The notes: generated by a model not told the origin, from the sequence alone. A DNA stretch of 64,000 nucleotides from an uncultured Acidobacteriota bacterium (GCA_963822445.1 CAWGHO010000003.1:1568001-1632000); one strand, 5' to 3'. Shown: positions 39,094 through 50,969, counted from the first letter of the stretch. Made by a program: numbers and translations.

Positions 39094-40698
39094 ATGAAAC
39101 TCGCCGCGGCCGTGCTCGTGCTCGCGCTTCAGCAGGCGCCGTTGTCCGAGGTCATCGAAGTCCGGCGGCACAACGTCGACGTCGTCGTCACCGATCGGGC
39201 TGGCAATCCCGTTCGCGGTCTGCACGGATCCGATTTCGAGTTGCTCGAAGACGGCGTCGCGCAGGAGATCACGAACTTTTCCGCGTACGACGATCGAATC
39301 GACGCATCGTCAGCGCCCTCGTCGAATGCGGCAATGCCCGCTCCGACGCGGCGGCTCGTTTTCTTCATCGACGACATGAGCATGCATCCCCGAAACCGGC
39401 AGAAACTCGTCGAAGAGGCCACAAAACTGCTGGAAAAGGCCATGCGGCCGGGGGATGAAGGCGCTGTCGTTCGACCGGGTGAGGCGGCCGAGAGCGTCGC
39501 GCTCACCTTCACGTCCGACCGCGAGGAGTTGCGCAGCGCACTGGGAAAAGCGGTGGCGGAGAACACCTGGCGCGTGAACGTCGCGTTTGCGGCGGAGCAC
39601 GAACGCTTCCAGGTCGACGCCGCCTTTTGCGGTGGTCCGCAGGAACGGCGGCAGGTCGCCCGCCGGCATGCCGATCGCGTCCTGCGCCGTGTGCGTCATC
39701 GCCTGGCCACGCTTCGCGCGATCGTTTCCACCATGGCGCCGCTGGATGGGCGGAAGGTGCTGATCGTCGCCACCGAGTCACTTCCGGCGGAACCGGGCCG
39801 TGAGTTTTTCGATGTGAGATTGAGCGAGTTGAAGATTGGCTCGGCATCTGTCGACGAGCCGCCGACGTCGATCGGCGACCATGGGACGACCGATTTCGTG
39901 GACATGACGTCCGCGATCGAGGACGTGGCCCGCACCGCGGCTTCGCATGGGATCACCATCTATGCGCTTCGTCCCGAGCTCGATCTGCGGATGACGGAAG
40001 AAATCCCGATGCGCGCCGTGCATCGGGCCATGGCGAACTCCGACAAGACCGTGAACCTGCTCACCAGGACCACCGGCGGCGCGTGGAGCATGGGCGCGGC
40101 GCAGATGGACGAGGTCCTCGACACGGTCGCTTCAGACGTCGACTCCTACTACTCGCTCGCGTATCGCGCGCAATCGGCATCGTTCGACAAATCGCATCGC
40201 GTCGAGGTCCGCGTTCGCAATCATCCCGAGTACGCAGTGCGTGCGCGGGCCGAGGTCATGCGCAAGTCGCCGAAACGGGAGATGAACGACCGCGTCGTAG
40301 AGGCGCTCTTCACCGAGAGCATGCCCAATGAGCTCGGGGTCACCATCGAGGCGTCCGATCCACAGCCGATCAAGGGCGAGCGCGGTCGATATAGAGTCAC
40401 CGTCGACGTCGGCGTGCCTCTGGGCGCACTGACGTATCTGCCGGCGGGCGATTCGCAGCACGGCACGTTCACCGTGCATTACGCAGTCGCCAGCAAGGAC
40501 CTCGACTTCGTCAACGGAACGGAGCCGGTGCAGGTCGTCGACATCCCGCTCGCCGACTTCGACGCGGCGCGCACGAAAGCGTGGACCCACACGGTCAACC
40601 TCGTCGTCGAGCGCGGCATGCATCGCATCGTGGTGGGCGTGCTCGATGGGACGTCGCAGGTCGCTGGCTTGAGCGGAATGACGATCGACGTACCCTAG
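39094..40698 (+). CDS. Secreted VWA-domain protein (acidobacterial VWFA type), paralog 1
   Basis: VDVVVTD..G..V.GL...DF.LLEDG..Q.I, FFIDD, GRKVLI, TGG, YYSLAY. Confidence 0.85.
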   Translation: MKLAAAVLVLALQQAPLSEVIEVRRHNVDVVVTDRAGNPVRGLHGSDFELLEDGVAQEITNFSAYDDRIDASSAPSSNAAMPAPTRRLVFFIDDMSMHPRNRQKLVEEATKLLEKAMRPGDEGAVVRPGEAAESVALTFTSDREELRSALGKAVAENTWRVNVAFAAEHERFQVDAAFCGGPQERRQVARRHADRVLRRVRHRLATLRAIVSTMAPLDGRKVLIVATESLPAEPGREFFDVRLSELKIGSASVDEPPTSIGDHGTTDFVDMTSAIEDVARTAASHGITIYALRPELDLRMTEEIPMRAVHRAMANSDKTVNLLTRTTGGAWSMGAAQMDEVLDTVASDVDSYYSLAYRAQSASFDKSHRVEVRVRNHPEYAVRARAEVMRKSPKREMNDRVVEALFTESMPNELGVTIEASDPQPIKGERGRYRVTVDVGVPLGALTYLPAGDSQHGTFTVHYAVASKDLDFVNGTEPVQVVDIPLADFDAARTKAWTHTVNLVVERGMHRIVVGVLDGTSQVAGLSGMTIDVP

Positions 40699-40712
40699 CT
40701 GGGGAATTTCGA

Positions 40713-42356
40713 ATGAGATTCGTGACCGTTGCTCTCGTGCTCGCGCTGCAGCAGGCGCCGCTGTCCGAAGTCATCGAAGTCCGCCGGCACAACGTCGAAG
40801 TCATCGTCACCGATCATGAAGGCAACCACGTGCGTGGCCTTCGCCTTTCGGATTTCGAGCTACTGGAGGACGGTGTCCGGCAGGAGATCACGAACTTCGC
40901 CGAGTACGACGATCGCGCCGCGGCGCCTTCGACGACGACCACGACAGCAACGACTTCCGCGCCGGTCTCACCGCCGCCGACGCGGCGCCTGGTCTTCTTC
41001 ATCGACGACATGAGCATGAATCCACGCAGCCGGGAGCTGCTCACCGAACAGGCCACGGAGATGCTCGAGCGCACGATGCGGGCGGGCGACGAAGGCGCGG
41101 TGGTTCGTCCACCCGACGGTGCGAAGCCGATCGATCTCACCTTCACGTCCGATCGCGAGGAACTGCGGAAAGCCCTCGGCAAAGCCATCGCTCAGAACAC
41201 GACGCGAACGAACGTTGCTTTCGCAGCCGAATACGATCGCTTCCAGGTCGATGCAAAGTCGTCCAGCAGCCGGAAGGAAACGCTGCTCATCGCCCGCCGG
41301 CATGCCGAGCGGGTGCGCCGTCGCGTGCAGCAACGCCTGGCGATCCTCCGCGCGGTCGTCGCCACCATGGCGCCGCTGGAGGGGCGGAAAGTGCTGATCG
41401 TGGCCACGGAATCGCTGCCCGTGCAGCCGGGGCGGGAGTTCTTCGACATCGACGTGAGCCAGCTCCAGATCACCTTCGCGCCGCTCGACGCGCCGGCGCT
41501 CACCATCGGCGAGCAAATCGAGACCGATCTGGTCGACGTGACTCCCGCGATCGAAGACATCGCCCGCACCGCGAGCTCGAACGGCATCACCATCTACGCG
41601 CTGCGGCCGGAGCTCGATCTCCGCATCTCCCCCGATCTGAAGATGTCGGCGGAGGGCGGGATTCCGACTCGCGTCGTGAACCGGGCCACGACGAACTCCG
41701 ACACGACCGTCGATCTCCTCACAAAGCTCACCGGCGGCACCTGGACCCTCGGTGCGGCGAGCATGAACGAAGTCCTGAAGACCGTCGCCGCGGATGTCCA
41801 GTCCTACTACTCGCTGGCTTACCGGGGCCGCTCGGCGACGTACGACAAAGCGCATCGCGTGACCGTTCGCGTTCGCAATCATCCCGAGTACACGGTGCGC
41901 GCGCGCACGCAAGTCGCGCGAAAATCTCCAAAGCGGGACATGAATGACCGCGTCGCGGCGGCACTGTTCACCGAGGACATGCCGAACGAGCTCGGGATCG
42001 CCATCGAAGCGTCCGAGCCGCAACCGGTAAAAGGGCAGCGCGGGCGGTACGCGGTCACGGTCGATGTCGCCGTGCCGCTCGGCAACCTGACGTATCTGCA
42101 AACCAGCAACGCGCAGCGAGGACGATTCAGCATTCATTACGCGATCAGCAACAAGGGCGCTGATTTCGTCAACGGCTCCGATCCCGAGCAGATCGTCGAC
42201 ATACCGCTCGCCGACTTTGCGCGAGCGCGCACAAAGGCCTGGACGCACACGATCCACCTGCTGCTGGAGCGGGGGGAGCATCGGATCACGGTGGGCGTAC
42301 TCGATGGAACGTCGCAGGCGGTGGGGATGAGCGGGACCGCTGTGAACGTGCCGTAG
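40713..42356 (+). CDS. Secreted VWA-domain protein, paralog 2
   Basis: Colinear and highly similar to 39094..40698; ATG 40713. Confidence 0.85.
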   Translation: MRFVTVALVLALQQAPLSEVIEVRRHNVEVIVTDHEGNHVRGLRLSDFELLEDGVRQEITNFAEYDDRAAAPSTTTTTATTSAPVSPPPTRRLVFFIDDMSMNPRSRELLTEQATEMLERTMRAGDEGAVVRPPDGAKPIDLTFTSDREELRKALGKAIAQNTTRTNVAFAAEYDRFQVDAKSSSSRKETLLIARRHAERVRRRVQQRLAILRAVVATMAPLEGRKVLIVATESLPVQPGREFFDIDVSQLQITFAPLDAPALTIGEQIETDLVDVTPAIEDIARTASSNGITIYALRPELDLRISPDLKMSAEGGIPTRVVNRATTNSDTTVDLLTKLTGGTWTLGAASMNEVLKTVAADVQSYYSLAYRGRSATYDKAHRVTVRVRNHPEYTVRARTQVARKSPKRDMNDRVAAALFTEDMPNELGIAIEASEPQPVKGQRGRYAVTVDVAVPLGNLTYLQTSNAQRGRFSIHYAISNKGADFVNGSDPEQIVDIPLADFARARTKAWTHTIHLLLERGEHRITVGVLDGTSQAVGMSGTAVNVP

Positions 42357-42366
42357 GCGCTAGCGT

Positions 42367-42456
42367 TGGAGTGCGGTGGCTCTGCCACCGCTTTGGCATG
42401 CGCGCGAAGCGCGCCTCCGGCGCGTGCGAAAGCGGCGGCAGAGCCGCCGCACTCCA
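42367..42456. repeat. GGAG-type REP doublet
   Basis: tggagtgcggtggctctgccaccgcttt...aaagcggcggcagagccgccgcactcca. Confidence 0.8.
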
Positions 42457-42459
42457 TTC

Positions 42460-42858
42460 CTAAATCCGCTCCCGGCACCGCGCGGCGCCGCACCGGCAGG
42501 GCAGCTGCCCCTCGTGATGCGTCTCGCCGTAATCGCACGTGAGCTCTTCACCCGCGCGGATCCGCCGGATGGCGTAGAACTCGACGCGATGGCCGACGCG
42601 GCGCATATAGGTGTTCGGCTCGCAGCAGTGGTTCACGTAGCGCAGGCAGGGGTCGGTCGAGACGTCGAGGGCTTTGTCGTCCTCGAACTCGACGATCGTC
42701 ACCACGTCCATGCCTTTCGCGCGACGCCGGGCCTCGGTCACGGAGATCAACTCGCCGGTGAGCTCGCCGATCTTTCGTTTTTGCGGCACCGCCCGTCGGG
42801 CGAAGACACCCTTCCCATGAATCCTGCTCGTGCGGACCTCGAAGTCCTCGAGCTTCAC
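42460..42858 (-). CDS. SET-domain protein-lysine methyltransferase with post-SET
   Basis: S.IHGKGVFA, RYVNHCC.PN, GEELTCDY, post-SET CRCGAARCR. Confidence 0.93.
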   Translation of the reverse strand: MKLEDFEVRTSRIHGKGVFARRAVPQKRKIGELTGELISVTEARRRAKGMDVVTIVEFEDDKALDVSTDPCLRYVNHCCEPNTYMRRVGHRVEFYAIRRIRAGEELTCDYGETHHEGQLPCRCGAARCRERI

Positions 42859-43886
42859 GCGGCTCGCTTGACGGGCAGACGGAGAACCATGCTCGTGCCG
42901 ACGCCTTCGACCGAGGCTACGCTGACCTCGCCGCCATGGGCCTCGACGATCTGCTTGACGATGTAGAGACCGAGGCCCGTGCCGCCGCCGCCGCGGAGCG
43001 ACTTGTTGCCGCTCTGCTTGTACTTCTCGAAAATCTTGTCCACTTCCTCGGCCTTGATCCCCATGCCCGTGTCGGTCACGGTGACCACGATCGCCTCGGG
43101 CACGTCGCCATTGCGCACGATCTGCGCGCCGACGGAGATCAGCCCCTTCTTCTCCGTGAACTTGAGCGAGTTCGAGATCAGATTGATCACCGCCTGGGTG
43201 AGCTTCTCCACGCTGCCGATGATCTGGGGGATGTCGCGGCCATGCGCGGTGAGGAGGAAAATCTCGTCACGTGCCGCGACGGACTGCAGACTGCGAACGG
43301 CGCGCTTCAGCACACCGGCGACGCGGACCGGCTCCGATTCGACGGCGAAACTGCCCGACTGGATCTTCGAGAAATCGAGAATCTCGTTGATCAGGGACAT
43401 CATCCGCTCCGACTCCCGTTGCGCTTCCTGCAGCAGATCGGCGTAGAGCGAATCGATCTTGGTGCCTTCCTGCGAGAGCACGAACTCGAGCGTTCCCTGG
43501 ATGCCGGAGAGCGGTCCGCGGAGGTCGTGCACGATCTGGGCGGTGAAATCCGACTTGGCCTGCTCGGCTTCGCGCTGCTCGGTCACATCCTCGAATTGCA
43601 GCGCGGCCGTCGGCTCGGTGCCGTCGACGCGCATGATGCGGTCGACGCGGTAGATGCGCCCTTCATGCTCGACGTCGATCGTGCGGTGCTCGTCGGATTC
43701 GAGAAAGAATCCATGCAGCCAGCCGCGCTCGCCGGCCACAGCCCGCGCCGCGTCCTTGATCCATTGATCGGCTTCCGCGCGAAACGACTCGGTGAAGGCC
43801 GAGTTGCGATACTGGATCGCGCCGCTTTCCGTCACGACGGCGATCGGCATCGAAAGGTGGTTGAGAACTCCCGTGGTGAAGCTCAT
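42855..43886 (-). CDS. Cytoplasmic sensor histidine kinase (PAS-like, HisKA, HATPase)
   Basis: HDLRGPL, NLISNSLKF, DTGMGI, GTGLGL; no TM segment. Confidence 0.93.
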   Translation of the reverse strand: MSFTTGVLNHLSMPIAVVTESGAIQYRNSAFTESFRAEADQWIKDAARAVAGERGWLHGFFLESDEHRTIDVEHEGRIYRVDRIMRVDGTEPTAALQFEDVTEQREAEQAKSDFTAQIVHDLRGPLSGIQGTLEFVLSQEGTKIDSLYADLLQEAQRESERMMSLINEILDFSKIQSGSFAVESEPVRVAGVLKRAVRSLQSVAARDEIFLLTAHGRDIPQIIGSVEKLTQAVINLISNSLKFTEKKGLISVGAQIVRNGDVPEAIVVTVTDTGMGIKAEEVDKIFEKYKQSGNKSLRGGGGTGLGLYIVKQIVEAHGGEVSVASVEGVGTSMVLRLPVKRAA

Positions 43887-44290
43887 TGAGGCACCGTGAT
43901 GGCCCGCTCTTGCTGCAGCTTGGCCAGGATGAACAGGGTATTGAACTGATCGAAGGGGCTGAGGATGACCAGCTTCTGGAGGTCGAATCGCCCGTCGATG
44001 AGCGAGACCAGGAAACCTTCCTGCGCGTTGAGGTTGAACCGGTCGAAATTCGTGAGAAAGTCGGCGCTCAGTTTCGGCACGGCCTGCATTCCCTTGGGGT
44101 GGGCAAGAAACTCGTGCACGATCCTGTTGCGCAGGATCTCGATGTAGCCGCGGATGGAGAGGTCGTCGGGGTAGGTTTCCCGGGCTTCCAGCAGTTTCGC
44201 GTAGGTGTGCCAGGCGCCGTTCTGTTTGAGTGACTCGCCGACCAGCCGCGCCCAGTTGGGGCGCGCCGGTGCGATGGGGTTAGCTGACAT
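43883..44290 (-). CDS. Hypothetical protein with winged-helix-like C-terminus (as in DUF4388-type proteins)
   Basis: L..QEGFLVSLIDG...L..L...SP......L..L..L....I pattern; ATGA coupled to the kinase. Confidence 0.6.
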   Translation of the reverse strand: MSANPIAPARPNWARLVGESLKQNGAWHTYAKLLEARETYPDDLSIRGYIEILRNRIVHEFLAHPKGMQAVPKLSADFLTNFDRFNLNAQEGFLVSLIDGRFDLQKLVILSPFDQFNTLFILAKLQQERAITVPQ

Positions 44291-44325
44291 GCGGCGGTAG
44301 TTTATCCTTGATGGAGTTTTGACAA

Positions 44326-46779
44326 ATGACTGACCATCAATTGACGCCACAAAAGCCGCCTTCGCGGGCCCGTTCGCGCCTGCTGATGCTGCTCGTCGCG
44401 GGCGCCCTGGGCGTCCCCGCGGGCTTCCTTTCCGCCCACGCTGTCCGGATGCCCCGCGTGAAGTCGTTGGCGGACTACCAGCCGGCGATCATCACCCGCA
44501 TCTACGACCGCAATGGCGTCCCGTTCGCCGAGTATTCGATCCAGAAGCGGATCGTCGTGCCGAAGCGGGAGATCTCGCCGCTGCTGGTCAACGCGATCAT
44601 CGCCACCGAGGACTCGGAGTTTTACAAACATGGCGGGGTTGATCCCAAGGCCATCGTCCGCGCCGTCATCAAGGATGTGATCGAGCGGCGCAAGGCCCAA
44701 GGCGCGTCGACGCTCACGCAGCAACTCGCGAAGCAGGTCTTCCTCACACCCGACAAGACCTTCCGCCGCAAGATCAGCGAGATGTTCTTCGCGGTGCAGA
44801 TCGAGAAGGATTTCACCAAGGACCAGATCTTCGAGTTCTACGCGAACCAGGTCTACCTCGGCCACGGCGCATACGGCGTCGAAGCGGCGTCGCGGCTCTA
44901 CTTCGGCAAGCATGCGAAGGAGTTGTCGCTGCCCGAGGCGGCGGTGATCGCGGCGTTGATCCGGTCGCCGATGTACTACAGCCCGATCACCCACGCCGAT
45001 CGCGCCAAGATGCGCCGCGATTACGTCCTCGGCCGCATGCTCAAGGAAGGATTCATCGGCCGCGATCAGTATTCGCAGGCCGTGAACGCGCCGATCGTCC
45101 TCGGCACGTTCAAAGAAGAGGCCCCGCGCGTCGGCGCCTACTTCACCGAAGAGATCCGGCAGTACATCGAGAACCACGAAGCCTTCGGCGTCGAGAACCT
45201 CTATCAGCGCGGACTGAAAGTGCATTCGACGCTCGATCTGCGCATTCAGCAGATCGCAGAAGGCGCACTGCAGCGCGGTTTGCGCAAGTTCGACAAGCGC
45301 CGCGGCTTCCGCCGGCCGACGCGCAACCTCGTCGCGGAAGGGCTCGATCCGGAGACCTATCGCGATCCGAGCTGGAGCAACGAAGGCTACATGGTCGATC
45401 GCCTGTATCCGGGCATCGTGCTGGACGTGACGAAGACCGCGGTGACGGTGCGCGTTCATAAAGACCGCATCGAGCTCGATCCGGCGGCCTGGGCCTGGAC
45501 GAAGAAGAAGACCCTCGACGGTGTGCTAAAGCGCGGCGACGTGGTTTACGTGCTTCAGAAGGAAGACGAGAAGACCAAGGCGAAGAAGTGGACGCTCGAC
45601 CAGATGCCGAACGTCCAGGGCGCGGTGGTGGTCATCGACGTGAAGAGCGGCGAGGTCCGCGCGCTGGTCGGCGGGTACGATTTCCAGATCTCGAAATTCA
45701 ATCGCGCCGTGCAGTCGCGGCGGCAGACGGGGTCGTCGTTCAAGCCGTTCGTGTACGGTGCCGCGTTCGAGAAAGGGCTCACTCCCGCGGACACGCTGTT
45801 CGATGCGCCGGTGGCGATTCCGGTGGGCGATCAGATCTACGCACCGAAGAATTACTACGGCAAGTACGCCGGCATCGTGACCATCCAGCGCGCGCTCGAG
45901 CTGTCGATCAACGTGCCCGCGGTGAAGACGTACATGATGACCGGCGGCGATCGCGTCGTCGATTTCGCGCGGCGCTGCGGCATCACCGCCGATCTGCCGA
46001 AGTACCCGTCGCTGTCCCTCGGCGCCGCGGGCGTCTCTCCGCTGGAAATGACCGGTGCGTACAACGTCTTCGTCAACAACGGCGTGTACATCAAGCCGCG
46101 CTACATCCGGAAGATCGCCGATCAGCAGGATCGCGTGCTCGAAGAGAAGATGCCCGAGCTGTCCGAGGCGATGAATGCTGCGGTGGCGTTCGAGCTCGCG
46201 TACATGATGAAGGGGACGATCGATCGCGGTACGGCCTACGCCGCGCACACGCTCGCGGACCCGCTGGCGGGAAAGACCGGCACGACGAACGGTTACACCG
46301 ACGCCTGGTTCATCGGCTTCTCGCCGGAGTACACGGTGGGCGTCTGGAACGGTTACGACGATCCCGCGAAATCGCTGGGCGGCGGCGCCACGGGCGCGGA
46401 CATCTCGCTGCCGATCTGGATCGACATCTTCAAACAGTTCGAAGAGCAGAAGCTTCGCGTTGCCAAGCCGGACTTCGAAGCGCCGCCGGGAGTGGTGATC
46501 GTCCCGATGGATCTTCCGACCGGCCGCCGCGGTACGGGTCCATGCAGCCGCGTGGTGATGAACGCGTTCGTTGCCGGCCAGGAGCCGGACAAGGACTGCA
46601 GCGGCGCCGGCGTGAACGTGGCCAAGCTGCCGTTCTACCTCCAGCGGCCGATGTACCAGCCGAAGGAAGGGGAGCCGACGCAAGCCGCGGATGATGCGTC
46701 AGCGCAGGCAGGCGAGGGGGCGGAGTCGCCCGCGCCGGCCACGACGACGACCACGGACACGAGCGGGCCGCCTGTTTAG
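44326..46779 (+). CDS. Class A penicillin-binding protein 1A
   Basis: TED..FY.H.G, GASTLTQQ, RK..E, S.FK, S.N, KTGT. Confidence 0.95.
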   Translation: MTDHQLTPQKPPSRARSRLLMLLVAGALGVPAGFLSAHAVRMPRVKSLADYQPAIITRIYDRNGVPFAEYSIQKRIVVPKREISPLLVNAIIATEDSEFYKHGGVDPKAIVRAVIKDVIERRKAQGASTLTQQLAKQVFLTPDKTFRRKISEMFFAVQIEKDFTKDQIFEFYANQVYLGHGAYGVEAASRLYFGKHAKELSLPEAAVIAALIRSPMYYSPITHADRAKMRRDYVLGRMLKEGFIGRDQYSQAVNAPIVLGTFKEEAPRVGAYFTEEIRQYIENHEAFGVENLYQRGLKVHSTLDLRIQQIAEGALQRGLRKFDKRRGFRRPTRNLVAEGLDPETYRDPSWSNEGYMVDRLYPGIVLDVTKTAVTVRVHKDRIELDPAAWAWTKKKTLDGVLKRGDVVYVLQKEDEKTKAKKWTLDQMPNVQGAVVVIDVKSGEVRALVGGYDFQISKFNRAVQSRRQTGSSFKPFVYGAAFEKGLTPADTLFDAPVAIPVGDQIYAPKNYYGKYAGIVTIQRALELSINVPAVKTYMMTGGDRVVDFARRCGITADLPKYPSLSLGAAGVSPLEMTGAYNVFVNNGVYIKPRYIRKIADQQDRVLEEKMPELSEAMNAAVAFELAYMMKGTIDRGTAYAAHTLADPLAGKTGTTNGYTDAWFIGFSPEYTVGVWNGYDDPAKSLGGGATGADISLPIWIDIFKQFEEQKLRVAKPDFEAPPGVVIVPMDLPTGRRGTGPCSRVVMNAFVAGQEPDKDCSGAGVNVAKLPFYLQRPMYQPKEGEPTQAADDASAQAGEGAESPAPATTTTTDTSGPPV

Positions 46780-46846
46780 GAGTGCGGCGGCGACAGCTGC
46801 CGCTTTGGTACGGTCGGAAAGCGGCGGCTCTGCCGCCGCACTCCTA
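46777..46846. repeat. GGAG-type REP doublet
   Basis: taggagtgcggcggcgacagctgccgcttt...aaagcggcggctctgccgccgcactccta. Confidence 0.8.
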
Positions 46847-47224
46847 GACGCTGACGTACCGCGTGATCATGTCGACCATCTTGTCGCGCGTCAGCGGCTT
46901 CCGCATCCAGGCGTTGGCGCCGGAGCTCGGGAACATCTCCTCGAGCGAGCGCTCCGGGAGGTCCGAGATCAGGACGATGGGGATGTCCTTCTTGTTCGAC
47001 TGCGATTTGAGCACTTCGCTCAGACGGTTGCCCTTGATGCTGGGCAGGTTCACGTCGAGGAAGATGATGTCCGGCGTGTTGCTCGCCAGCACGTGATTGA
47101 ATTCGATCCAGCTCGAGGCCGTGAGGACAGTGCAGCCCTCGCGCTCCAGAAGAGCGCGGCCGAGTTTCAGAACCAGTGGATTGTCATCGAGGATCAGAAC
47201 GGTAACGTTCGCCAGAGCAGCCAT
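46844..47224 (-). CDS. Single-domain response regulator (CheY-like)
   Basis: ILDD, PDIIFLD..LP..G, IS, RKP. Confidence 0.9.
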   Translation of the reverse strand: MAALANVTVLILDDNPLVLKLGRALLEREGCTVLTASSWIEFNHVLASNTPDIIFLDVNLPSIKGNRLSEVLKSQSNKKDIPIVLISDLPERSLEEMFPSSGANAWMRKPLTRDKMVDMITRYVSV

Positions 47225-47273
47225 GCGTAGATTGTCACTTTCCTATTGCTGAAAACGAGCGGTTTCGGCGCAC

Positions 47274-47825
47274 ATGATACCCTTTCGAGCCCCGATGCCT
47301 CCTTCGATTTCTGACCCCTTCAGCGATCCGGCGAGCGAGCCCGCGGCCCCACCGCAACGACGTTTCCGCTGGCCCGCCGACTACTACTCCACGGCGACGC
47401 CCAGTGCCGTCCTTCCGCCCTGGGCCACATTCGGCTGCGGCGCTGCCGCGGTCGTCGTGCTGATCATCGTTTTCGTTGGCGGCGCCTTCCTCGGCGGCGG
47501 CGGTCTCAACCAGTTCATGGACTTCGCCCTCGGCATGAGTCTCGGCGAGATGCGCGGCATGTACACGCCCGAAGTCACCAAGGCGCAGCAGGAAACTCTC
47601 GACCGCGAGATGGAAACCATGCGCGCCGGTCTCCGCGACAAGACCATCGCCGTGAAGAACATTCAGCCCGTTCTGCAGACCATGCAGAAAGGCATCAAGG
47701 ACGAGAAGATGACGCCGGCCGAAGTCGAGCAATTGACGGCGGCGGTGCGGAAAGCGAACGGAGCCGCCAAGTCTCAGAGTCGCAAAGTCTCAGAGTCTCA
47801 GAGACCTTCGCGCGTTCTCCTCTGA
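47274..47825 (+). CDS. Hypothetical single-TM membrane protein
   Basis: Pro-rich N-terminus, GCG-TM helix, helical C-terminus; last codons derived from repeat; start may be 47295. Confidence 0.65.
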   Translation: MIPFRAPMPPSISDPFSDPASEPAAPPQRRFRWPADYYSTATPSAVLPPWATFGCGAAAVVVLIIVFVGGAFLGGGGLNQFMDFALGMSLGEMRGMYTPEVTKAQQETLDREMETMRAGLRDKTIAVKNIQPVLQTMQKGIKDEKMTPAEVEQLTAAVRKANGAAKSQSRKVSESQRPSRVLL

Positions 47826-47851
47826 GACTCTGCGACTTTGAGACTCTGAGA
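47770..47851. repeat. Inverted octamer tandem-repeat element
   Basis: agtctcagagtcgcaaagtctcagagtctcagag...ctctgagactctgcgactttgagactctgaga. Confidence 0.85.
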
Positions 47852-47855
47852 TTCC

Positions 47856-49853
<1,998 letters not shown>

Positions 49854-49861
49854 GAGGATCG

Positions 49862-50305
49862 ATGACGGCGTCCGCGGCATTCAGACGGGTCACCCCCATC
49901 CTGCGTGTTTCCGACCTCGACCGGAGCCTCGAGTACTACGTCCGCGTACTTGGCTTCACCATGAATTGGCGCGATGACGACGGCAATTCGTTCGCTTCCG
50001 TGTCGCGCGGCGACTGCCATCTTTTCCTGTCGATTGGCGATCAGGGCCATCTAGGAAGCTGGGTGTGGATCGGCGTGAGCGACGCCGACGTCCTCCATGA
50101 CGAGCTGATTGCCAGCGGCGCGCGCGTGCGTCATCCACCGGCGAACTTCCCGTGGGGATCGCGGGAGATGCAGGTCGAAGATCCGGACGGAAACGTTCTT
50201 CGACTTGGCTCGGAGAACAAGCCCGGCGAGCCGTTCGGCGACTGGCTCGACATGCGAGGCGTTCGCTGGCGGAGGGAAGCCGAAGGAGTCTGGACCCGGG
50301 TCTAG
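49862..50305 (+). CDS. VOC/glyoxalase-bleomycin resistance family protein
   Basis: RBS aggagg; PILRV.D...S..YY..VLGF, PWGSRE..VEDPDGN. Confidence 0.88.
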   Translation: MTASAAFRRVTPILRVSDLDRSLEYYVRVLGFTMNWRDDDGNSFASVSRGDCHLFLSIGDQGHLGSWVWIGVSDADVLHDELIASGARVRHPPANFPWGSREMQVEDPDGNVLRLGSENKPGEPFGDWLDMRGVRWRREAEGVWTRV

Positions 50306-50315
50306 AATCCGTTTC

Positions 50316-50837
50316 ATGCGGATTCGCCCTTATGCCATCGGCGACGATCGCGGGTTTCATCGCGCGGCCGCCGAGTCGCTCACGGACTTGTTCCCCTGGA
50401 TGCCGTGCTTTCATCCCGGCTACTCGGCGGAGGAAGCGGCAGGCTGGGTTGACCGCCAGCTGGAAGCGTTCCCGAGCGGGGAGATGTATGAGTTCGTGAT
50501 CGTCGACGACGCGGAGGAGATCGCCGGCGGTTGTGGGCTGAATCAGATCGATCGCGCGAACCGGCGTGCAAACCTCGGCTACTGGATACGCAGCGCGTCG
50601 ACCGGCCGTGGCTATGCAACGGAGGCAGTCAAACTTCTCGTCGCGTGGGCGGCCGAGCACACCGATCTCCAACGGATCGAGGTAGTGGTCAGCGTCGGCA
50701 ACGTAGCCAGTCTGCGGGTGGCTGAGAAAGCGGGAGCGGTTCGAGAGTGCATCCTCGCAGCTCGTCTGCTGATCAACGACGTGTTTCACGACGCGGTGAT
50801 GCACTCATTCGTGCGCGGGCGGAACATGACCGCCTGA
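50316..50837 (+). CDS. RimJ/RimL-like GNAT N-acetyltransferase
   Basis: ANLGYW, GRGYATEA, N.AS.RVAEKAG. Confidence 0.9.
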   Translation: MRIRPYAIGDDRGFHRAAAESLTDLFPWMPCFHPGYSAEEAAGWVDRQLEAFPSGEMYEFVIVDDAEEIAGGCGLNQIDRANRRANLGYWIRSASTGRGYATEAVKLLVAWAAEHTDLQRIEVVVSVGNVASLRVAEKAGAVRECILAARLLINDVFHDAVMHSFVRGRNMTA

Positions 50838-50879
50838 AGGAAGTCCGCATGTTCGCATAGCCATACGTAAAGCCTGCCG

Positions 50880-50925
50880 TATCAATCACTTACCTCTTGC
50901 GTGGTGAGCAGCGTCCGCCTACACT
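50880..50925 (+). promoter_or_regulatory. Sigma70-like promoter with upstream IHF-consensus site
   Basis: TTGCGT(50897)-17 nt-TACACT(50920); TATCAATCACTTA at 50880-50892 matches WATCAANNNNTTR. Confidence 0.6.
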
Positions 50926-50969
50926 GACGCCCGTTCCCAAAAACACATGACGAGAGAGAGGTCTGGTCG

